This document shows, in pieces, positions 12,028 to 22,524 of a DNA stretch of 34,880 nucleotides (position 1 is the first letter of the stretch; each line of letters starts with the position of its first letter). A program made the translations under genes and the position numbers. The notes below the pieces were generated by a model. It was given only the letters and a program-made list of their open reading frames with translations. It did not search any database and was not told the DNA's origin. Origin of the DNA: Catajapyx aquilonaris (taxonomy: Eukaryota). The stretch lies in the NCBI GenBank assembly GCA_000934665.2, contig KZ539054.1, forward strand, positions 1 through 34,880, given 5' to 3'.

Positions 12028-15000
12028 AAAAGTCTAAAATTCACCTCTAAAGTGCTAGTAGCTGGCAGCATATAGTATGCCAATATGTTTTAAAATGACC
12101 AAAAAAAATCATCTCTGATAACCAAACGTCGACCCCCATGAATATTCGCATGTCACTTTTGTTTGTAAAAGGGCATCTGAAGTAAACACGCTAACCACTC
12201 CATCATGAGCGACCTCAATTAACACTAAATTCTCGCAATGGTGAAAAAAAAGAGCACATTCTAATCAAATTTATGACCAAAGTTGGTTTGAGCCTTCCTA
12301 ATCCGATTGGAAGTTAGACGCTCCTCGGAAGGCCAACCAGACGCTATCAGACGCGAGGTTGTAAACCAAGAAACTCTCATAATAACAACACACGTGTCCA
12401 TATATACGTATATGGGGGCGATAAGAGAACCTCGACGAGCAAGAGGGGGATCCATGGACTGAACTTGACCTTGACCATCGTCTTTCAATTTTCCCCACCA
12501 TACCCGCCATCCGATTTATGGCGAAATCTGAGCCTGTCGTAAACAAGACTTCCACTTAATTACTTGATGACACTAACGGCTAACGTGTGTGTGTGTCTGT
12601 GCAAACCCCTGGGTCCCATTGTGTAACGCAACTTGACCTCTGACACCTTCTTGTTCTTTTAGAAACGGATTATCCCTCACATATGGCAAGCCTCATTAAT
12701 GTAAAGAGTAAACCTTCAAGTGACAAGTGAGGTAAAAAAAAAGGTGCACCATGCAGAGCTGATGTGGATCATAAGTACCCCATGGTGGGTGTTGGCCTTC
12801 GTCTTTCCGGCGGTAGAAAGAGACCTAGAGGGAGAGATAAAGGATGCCGGCGCCTTACATCAGCACATTTTCTGGCCATCGACATCCTATGATTGGCCCA
12901 TGCCGCCTTTTAGCTCGGTATGTACTATACGTAGTGCATGTGAGTCATAATTCAGTGGTCATGATATGGACCGTACGTATTGTATCAAATATCTTGGCAA
13001 ATCCTTCCTATAGAAACAATCGCGCAATTTTGAAAATTTGGCCTTTTTTGGACAATTTTTTCGGTTATTGGAAGCACTACCAATAACCGAAAGAAATTGT
13101 CCAAATAAAGGCTTCATTTTCAAAATTTCGCGATCTTTTCCCTCCCCACGGTATTTCGCAGTTTGGCTCAAACTTGATATGCAGTGTTACGGCATGCTGG
13201 GTATGTACAGCTGTGATTATTTTCAGCAAAATCCGAGATGGTCTAGCAACATTTAGGCCCACTTGATTGGGAAAAACTGCTATATTTTGAGGACTTTGGT
13301 TTTTTGACTGCCCCGAGGTCAAAAACAAATCAATGACAAAATGAATGCCCATTATGAGTTACTTGTGACCTCAGGAACACGAATATGACGATGAATTTCC
13401 ATGGACAAAAAAAGTCACATTTTGTTGCTAGTGTAATTAGCCAGTGAAATGTGCCCTTTACAAGTTTAGTATAGAGTAGATAAATGTTCGCCCCTAAACT
13501 TGTCTACAGCATCTTCTAACCCTGGTTCACACATGAGGACCACAAAAGTTTTTATTGTGTACACAGACATGACCTACCTAAAGTGTGTCATGCTTCACGA
13601 CAGTGATGAACCTTTAAAACCCCATTCCAAGCCTGAATAACCAAAGTCAGCTTAGATCACCTCAGGGTTTGACCAATATGCTTGCCTTTTTTTTTTGCAT
13701 GTAATCAGTGGTCCAGGTGTACTATACAAATGGTCCGAAACAAGGTAAAATTATATGCAAAAATTACCGATGACGTCAGGATAGTTAGGCCCGACAACAG
13801 AAGCAACTTGACATACCACAATAATGGGCAAGCTGTCAAAATAAGGTTTGTGAGTCCCCTAATAACATGAGCTAGTGGGAGGAAAAGGTGTGAGCATCTC
13901 TGGGCCAAGCTGGGGGTTGGGTCGGGGCATCTGGCAGGCAGAAGTGGATGAGCCTGTGGGCCGGAACACACAGGCCGAATCTGGCGAGTCAAAGGGACCG
14001 CCGACCAGCTAAGGTGCAGGGGGGTCCACCATCCCAAGAAAAAGGTGTCCTCCACATCTTGAAACATTTCTCTGAAGGGCGCTAATACAACAATATGAAT
14101 GTATATAATGTCAAGTGTTATTGTCAAAATAATATGGCATCATTGGTGGTATGGTGATGTTTTGGGCAGTTTTTGGTGGGTCTGTCCGCACCCTGGTGAG
14201 CAGGGTTGTTGGGTGGTGCGTGGATGGGTACAAACCGTGACGCCGGTTTGCGGGTCGCCAGTCGCGGTGATCTGGTTTCAGAAGGGGCCGCCTGGGGTCG
14301 GTATGTTTGAAGGTGTAGCCAGCGGGGATATTTTCCTCCAAAGGATCACACACACCCAGACATATGCACACTTTCTTCCGGCACTTGGCATGGCCAGTCT
14401 TCTTTCGCACCGCCTTAAAGCCCGTTCGTGGTAAACTCAAACGAAATAGGAAACGTGTGGCACACTTGGCAACAATGGATTCTTTTTTCAATTCTTAATT
14501 AATTTTTTAAAATTTTTGGGGGCGCTTCAGGGAGTGTTTATCATGCCATCTGTGGATAACCAGAATGACTAGGGAATGGGGACGGTATGTACTGTACAAG
14601 GGGGGGTCCTAGGCTTTACTGGCAGGCATAGGACGGTATGGCACATTGCCAGGACATAAGAAAGCGGTCTTGATCCGCATTCGGCGTGGCTGTCCACACC
14701 TTCACTCCGCCTCGTTGCATCCAATCAACACCCGCCTTGTATTCTAGGGGGAAGACCGCCTTGCACTCCTTCGTACACCATTACCAGTCTGGTATAAGAT
14801 TAGGAGGATAATTCGAGGGGCGAAAGGAACGCTTTTCAGGTGATGACCTCCTAACCCTCAAACAGGTCGCCATTTTTTTTAAATAGCTGGAGTTTTCGAA
14901 TTGCGAAGGAGTGTAGCCTGGCACTTGTGCTTCCATGACTTAACAATTGAAAGGCTTACTGTAACAATGTAACCCACAGAGAAAATTAAGTCTAAAGTTA

Positions 15001-15914
15001 AAGTGATGGAATGAACAAATTGCTACAAAAATTACTCATGTTTTGGCACATGTTTGAAGTTCTAAGAGTTTATTACAGTTTGATGATCATGATTACGCTA
15101 CCCTCGACCTTGACTAACAGGCTAGAATTACTTATCCTGGCAGTGCAGGGCTACCCATGCATCTTCCCTGTTTGCAGGAAACGTCTAACACGTAGGATAA
15201 AACTGAGGTGAATTATTTTATCGGCTCAAAGCAAATAGTCCAGCAGGTTTTCCCCGCCTGCCTGATAGCAAAATATTGCATAATTTGCAGTTACGTATAC
15301 TGCAACTATGAAGAACCAACGGTGTATCCAGTAATTTGAAAGCATTGTGCTTCAAAAAATAACTGGTTTATTTATCATTCTTTGACTGATTTGTTTTTTT
15401 TCGACGATTTACTGTATACGTGGCTGTTTATAAGATAATATTTGATGATCGCTCAACTATTATCGTTAGCACTGACTAAAATAACTTCAACAAAGCTTTT
15501 CCGATCCCCGGTCAGTGCCCTGAATGTCAGAAAGCAGGCCATCGATCACACAGGAATATACACGCATGCTTTCATAGGGTCAGACAGGTTAGTGCACTCA
15601 ATAGTATTCCCCAGATTTATACAAAAAAAATACTGAAAAAACTCAATGTCATAAAAATGACTAGAATTTGCAGAAACTATCATTACCGGAACCTTCATTG
15701 ACTCCCTGAAGTCAACACTTGTCCACCCGTTATCAATCGTGATACTCCTCTAATCTAACCCTCAAAAAGATAAGGTAAACTTTTACGTATACTGGTACAA
15801 ATAAACCCTTCGTCCACAACACATATCAACGTCTCCATCAACATACTATACCTATCCCAGGTAACACGCATTCAAGATTTGCAATTTGCAAATGTTTTTT
15901 ATTTAGAATAAGAT

Positions 15915-16219
15915 ACCGAAGCAGGTTGGCATATGCATGGTTAAGGAGTCCGACTGCTAATCGGGAGGCCCTGGGTTCGATTCCCGGGGCCGGCGATCCT
16001 GATCGTGGTTTTCTGTGGTTTCCCATGGTCCCCCCAGGATAATTTCGGGGTCGCTTCCGTATAATAGGCCACAGCCGCTTCCTTCCTTCCCTATCCTCGG
16101 CCCCATCCATGTGTGAAAGTTTCAGTAAGAATTTGAGTGGTAAAATAGTGGTATTCCATCCCTCCACCCCCTTAATGGAGCGCTGATTCTCCCAATTGGA
16201 TAAAATTATATGTAGATAT

Positions 16220-16246
<27 letters not shown>
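15915..16246 (+). mobile_element. tRNA-derived SINE (copy C) with (TTTA)n tail
   Basis: A-box-like TGGCATATGCATGG, B box GGTTCGATTCC, (TATT)n tail ~16217-16246; 13-bp TSD TTTAGAATAAGAT at 15902-15914 and 16247-16259. Confidence 0.85.
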
Positions 16247-16250
<4 letters not shown>

Positions 16251-16672
16251 GAATAAGATTAGAGTCTGCTCGAGATGACAGTTTGAAGACCGAAAAAAAT
16301 ATGCGACCAAATTTTATTTTCGTTTCAAGATTGTTCAGTCATGGTATATACGGCAAACAAAATCGCTGGCATATTTGCAAACCAGCCAAAAAAATATTAT
16401 CAAAAAGGCAAATGACCGCTGTCCGTTGCTCCTAATCTACGGTCGCGAACAACGGAAGCAGGTGGGTTCGCGAATACGCGAGTTTGAACTCACTCCTATA
16501 GGTCGCAGCCAGGGTAGGCGGGAACCACCGAGATGAGGGGCGTCCTCCTCCCGACTCTGGTTGGGCCATGGCCAAAGTAGGGGAGAGAGATGTGCCCTCC
16601 ACCACCACCACCGCCCGCCGCACTCCATATCTGAGTCTTCTGTAGTCAGGGCGTCGTCAGTGTAGTGAAGGA

Positions 16673-16797
16673 ATGGCCGCCGGTAGCAGCAGCAGTGGTC
16701 TCAAGACTGAGCTGGACCAAGAGCGGTGTGGTATCAACGAAGCGGTGGCTAAGGTGCTGCAAGGATATGATTGGACCCTAGTGCCAATGGCGACCAA
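16673..16797 (+). CDS. SoxE: SoxE coding exon 1 (N-terminus and dimerization domain)
   Basis: ATG in ggaATGG context; [42 protein letters not shown]; donor AA|GTAAGT at 16798. Too short for the ORF track. An additional upstream exon cannot be excluded. Confidence 0.9.
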
Positions 16798-19700
16798 GTA
16801 AGTTGGTGCAATTGCATGATTTTAATAGTCAAATCGGATGTGCGGGTACGTTCCTTTTAACGATGTAATTCCGGCCAACTGCCCTGGTCGCATCCTTAAG
16901 TCAATAGGCGGTTATAGATAGTGACAGTATTTTGATAGTGCTTCCTCGTTAAGTGGGCAAAGTCTGCGTTCATTCAAAAGGACGTGCGATAACGCCATTC
17001 ATCAGAAGGAAAATAGCAGAGGCCTCTGAACTTCAAATGTCCGCTAGGTCTGTTATCTGACTTCCCAAATCACTACTCTGATCATTACACATTTCTACTT
17101 TAACTTCGTTAATGATAGTCTGAATAGGGCGCATCCGGTTGGATATGATACGTGATCTGGTCAGTAAGTGTCAAAATTTTATGTACAGGGTGGTGCAAAA
17201 TTGTCGCACTCCGGATATCGGTTTCATGCGAATATGCTGTACCGCATGTGCAAAATTGAAGATGCCACTTGCCAAAGGGCCCAAGTCCCAAATGTCGAAA
17301 AACTATTTTATTGCGAATTCCTAATCTTGGAGACAGGCCTCGCAGTCCCTGGTGAAGATGAAGGGTCTAATTCAACCAGAACTTCCTTAAAATTTAATAA
17401 TAAATTGCTAAACTCCATATGGAGCAATGAAGCACACATGCAGTTTTTTGTCTCTCCTGAAAACTTGCACCTCATGGACTTTTGGCCCTTTGGCAAGTGA
17501 TGTCTTCAATTTTGGCGAACTTCGGTTTTTTACGATGATAATAGCATATTTAGGTTTGCCACGCGCGTTAATAATAGGAATAATCCTGCGTGTTCTTCTA
17601 CCACCCAACCACCCTTGATGCATTGGTCAATGAACGCTGAGGATGACACCTATTAGTCCTATTCACATGTGTGACTAAATAAACTATGATGCGATTATCC
17701 CCGTAGCCAAAATCAACTACAGTAATTTTATCGTAACATCTGGTTGTAATAAAGAAAATTCTATTGAATAATCTCCAATTACTCTTAGGTGTTCAAAATA
17801 CACCTGACATAATCAGACATTTACTAATCTGAACTGATACAACCGACTATTCTGAACCACCCTGTAGAGTGTAGACCCTAGCTGTTTCCCTGGAGTATTA
17901 AAATCATATCCTACGACCCGTTACATGCAGTGCAGGGTAAAGGTCAAGTCTTTCTTTGAACGTCAAAATGACATGTGGATCCGACATTCATTAGTGGTCG
18001 GGATATTTTCAAACTGAGTAATTGCCCCGTTTCACATCTCTCCCCCCATCTAGACTCCAAAGGTTCCGAACCAGCCGTCACGCTAGTTTTAAGTTTCCAT
18101 GGACCATCCTATTTTCATGATTTCTGACTGGCTTGAGAGGGACGGGTCACTTCTCCAGAAACACCCTTCCTGAAAAACCCGAGTGGTGAGGTGGCATCAC
18201 CGGGGTCTCCGTAGCTCAGTGGCAGAGCAACACTCTTCCTGAGTGTGGCCCAGGTTCGATTCCTGGCGGGGGCAGCGTTTTCGATGCCCCCAGATCCACT
18301 CGGCCCCCCCCCCAACCCCTGGAGAAGTCCAGTCCCTATTTCAGGTTCCGGAAAGACCTTTTGACCTGGTTGCCCCCTCATTTCGTCCCTTTAGGGCCGC
18401 AGCGGACAAGCGGAAGAGCCATGTGAAGCGGCCCATGAACGCCTTCATGGTCTGGGCCCAAGCTGCCCGAAGACGACTGGCAGACCAGTACCCGCAGCTG
18501 CACAACGCAGAGCTCAGCAAGACCCTCGGCAAGCTGTGGAGGTCAGTCAGGCCGCGATCTTGAAAAATGGACGGCCTCAACTCTCATCCATACCATAGAT
18601 AAGGGGTGGTGGGCAATGACTTATGGGAATTCTTTATGCTTCCGTCGGATGGGATTATTCTCTGGGATTGCCAGAACGAGGGGGGTGTCGAATTACTGTG
18701 TTTACATGAAGAGGTTTTCTGACAGAAAGGCTCCGGTCCAGCAGGTCCGGTTGCAATTCCTCCAGAAAACATGAAGAGTGCTGTTTCCTGAAAGTGGTGA
18801 AACCGGACCTATAAGAGCAAGGGACACCGAACTCGGAGAAAAAATATCCGGCCGAATGGTGCTGCTCATTAATTGTTGTCATCAAGTGCAGTTTGATGCA
18901 CGAGTTCGGTGCTCTCTGCTCTAAAATGCAAAGTCCGAAAGTTCACAAATTGATGGTAAAATGCGGTTCATAATATGCAAAGGAGGGCACAGGGGTCAAT
19001 TGTTCTTTTTTTTGCATTATCTTAGCTGCCCGCGGTTTAGCCCTGTTGCCAGGGACTGAAGAGACACTTATCAGAACCCTTTGTTATTGATGAGTCTTTT
19101 GCAGATAATGAATTTATATATGCCCATTAAAGTGGCATAAAATCTGATGAGTCAGTCTGTAATCTTACTCGTTATTTCTAGTAAACCTATATCATGTCAT
19201 TAAAGTATTCAACGATAATTTTGAGCAATTTGTAAGTTTCGACAATGTTGCTTAAGTATATAGTGATGCGTTGGTATATATACTCAAACTTGAGCAAACT
19301 TGGGGATATGGCAAGTGATGCCGGAATTGTTTCAGATTGCGAGAAGCGTGTTCTAAAGAAGCCATGACAGCAGGGTGACCAAATTGAATAGTCATTTTCA
19401 GTTAGAGATTTTTGGCACTAACCTGTTAATTTTTAAGCAGCTACTTTTGATCAGTTACTTTTAGTTGTTATCAAAAGCATTATCTGATAAAATTAGACAT
19501 GATTGAATCACCTATTTGCAATGAATTTCCGATTGGGAATGATCCATTGGAACCAATGACAAGGGACGCCAAATGATAGAAACCATTTTTGATGGCCCTT
19601 TGAAAGCTTTAAAAAGGATGGGCCCAAGCCACCAAATACTGGAAGAATACTTTGATAGCCAGGCAGGCAACGTAAAGTAACTATTAAAAAGCAGCCGATT

Positions 19701-22472
19701 AAAAATAAGCAACTTAGACACTGAAAATTGCGCACTGAAGCGGACAATTCAATGGGATCACACTGTATTATAATGTTATCACTCACCAATCTGAAATCAT
19801 GTTTAAATTTGCATTATTATTTTACAGCAATATGAGAATCATATTTTGATCTCCAATGTGATCTCAAGGTGCGTTCACATATAGGCGTTTTTGCTCAAAA
19901 GCGAGCGAATTTCAGCTCTTAGCGAATTCGCGTCTGGCCAAAGGCATTCACGTATCGGCGTTTTTCTCCTATACGCGAGCTAATTTTGGTCACTCACGCG
20001 ACTAAACTAAAAATCGCGCTCCTCTGGCAGGGCCAGATAGAAGCGTTTTTTTGACGCGGGCGAATTTTAGAGCTGGTTCGAGCCACCCAGCGCCGCCACG
20101 CGGATTTGTCGGCCTTCCTCGGCCATGTTAGGAATGCGGATGCCCGAGCTCGGAAGTTACCTATTTTTTTGTCGCAAACTCCCGGCCCGGCCAGGCTCCG
20201 CACCATGTCCAGCTCTTGCCCCCCTTGGTGCACTGTGACCTGGACGCCCTTCCGAGGTCGGTTCAGCAGCATTTTCACTGCCATGCCGGCTGCCTCCACA
20301 GCACAGGGCTCCGCCATCTTTCTAAGCCAAGACCTCCCCCTGCCCACACCAACCCCGACCCCGTCCTCCCTCCTACCTGCGCTGCTGCACAGCGCATGCT
20401 CCATAACTAGCGAGTAAGTTTTCTCGAATAGCGGATACGAAAATGCCTAGATAATTTTCCAAAAATTCGCTCGATTCGTGACGTAAAAGACGCGAAAAAG
20501 CAAAACCTGAAAAAAGCTCGCAAGTGTTTAGTCGCGTATATGTGAACGCACCTTCATATGTGAATGTGGAACATGGTATTGTTGGATCAGTTCTAATATT
20601 TTCACTGTCAAAGTGAAAAGTTTTTGGAATGATTCACCGAATTAATTCATTTGCATAAGATTTTTTGAGATAATAGTCAGATAATTATAAGGCATTCCTT
20701 TCATGGCCTGTTTTCACGGAAAGTGGAAGAGAATTTTGCCCGCGATTTCTACTAATAAGTATTTTATGGAAAGCTTGAAAAGTAGGAGATTTTCTGCTAC
20801 CTTACCTTTTGCAATTTTATCATAAACCAATAGGAAATAACGACAAACAAGTCAAACAGTTGCCTGTGCCATCAACCATGCAAACTACCTACTATAATAT
20901 AATATATAATAATACTGCTTATAGGCTTATAGGATACATAATTTGAGATACCTCACTCGTTAATCCTCGCCGATGCAACCTGTCCTCTGTGATTTCTGGT
21001 GCATAATTTTCAAAATACTGTCCTTGTTTTATGACATCAGGCATCAGGTTGCTTTCATCGTCTTCATATTTTTATCCCAGTGGTTTTCAACCTTTTACCA
21101 ACTGCGACCCCCGAAACATGTCAGTTCCATAAATGTGCAACCCCCCCGGCTCCTACTACTGCCCCCTTTACAGAAAACATACACTCTGTACGCCCGCAAA
21201 AATGGGTTCAATTGACACAGAAATTGCTATCTTTTTTTAAGCAATTTCTCATCAATTTTTCTAGCAATTCCCCCGCGACCCTATGCCCGCAACCCCCGTG
21301 GGGGTCGCGACCAACCGCACCGGTTGGAAACCACTGTTTTAGCCGCAATAGTATGGCATATGTAAATCAACAATGTGCACGTTTGGACAACCTGGACTTC
21401 TTTAATTATCTTAAATTATTTCAAAATTGGCTGATGGATTTAAATATCCCCTGATCATTACAATTAACCAGTTATAGGACGTCCAATTCTAAGCATTAAT
21501 AACTTCTGAGCATGAAGAAGTAGTGTAATATTTCCACTCCATCGCATCGGGTCGGAATTTACAGTGAATCTCCTCATTTGCATTATGTACACTAACGGCA
21601 TGCTGCAATACGTTAGCACACGTCCTGATGAGCCCGAGTTAATGTCCGAGCAAGGTGCAGTGAAAAGTGAAGATTAGCAGACGCCTCGTCTCAAAAACCC
21701 CGGCCGAAGTTTTTTTTTCCCCCCTCCTCCTTCATTTTCCTTGGGGCCCTACCAAATGTCTTTGTCCAAGGGCGCGTGTTTATTTACCAACTGGGTCCTC
21801 CTGACAACTTCCAGAACGTGTTAGCAACCACGAAAATGGGAGAGGCAGGCTGCATCTTTTACTGCGCACAACAGATCCGGTCACACTCGAGCCACCTGTG
21901 TCGCGTTATTGTTACTATTGACATTCATTAGTGTTAATTATCTGGAATTTATTGTTGTCTCAAGCGCAGGTGCTGCTAGCACCTTCATTTTGCTGACGTT
22001 TTCATCATAATTAAATCACGCTTGTGTACATAGCTATATGTACTTAGAGAGTACAGGCAAATTGGCATTTTTCTCATTAGGTTGCTTAGTGAAGCAGAAA
22101 AGAGGCCCTTCATGGAGGAAGCAGAACGTCTGAGGCAGATTCACAAGCGTGAACATCCTGACTACAAATATCAGCCTCGAAGGAAGAAACAGGGGAAAAC
22201 CCAGGGTGCGTCGTCTGGATCATCCGGATCATCTGGGTCATCTTCTGGGGCTGGCGTGGCTTTTAGGTAAGAAGCATGGTGCCTCTGTCATTCATTTCTC
22301 ATGGGTGTACTTCATGTTCAGAGATTATACTGCATACGCCAATATCAGTCTGAAAGTATTACAAGCTCCTACCTATACGCAATATTTGCAGTGATCAAGG
22401 CTCTTCAAGTCTCAAAATATTACTTTCAAAATATTCGATCAAATTTATTCATAAAATAATAGCAGGCTTTTA

Positions 22473-22524
<52 letters not shown>

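Noticed and set aside
13705..14491. Overlapping 111-140 aa ORFs, including a KCRKKVCIC Cys cluster
   Set aside because: No recognisable domain or splice structure; probably decayed transposon interior; a translated search would be needed.
18205..18274. Functional tRNA-Gly(TCC)
   Set aside because: Pyrimidine at position 37, 3-nt variable loop and no resemblance to canonical tRNA-Gly; kept only as tRNA-like.
18243..18394. N-terminal part of ORF 18243..18563
   Set aside because: Intronic read-through of the tRNA-like element; the real exon starts after the AG at 18393-18394 and joins the dimerization exon in frame.
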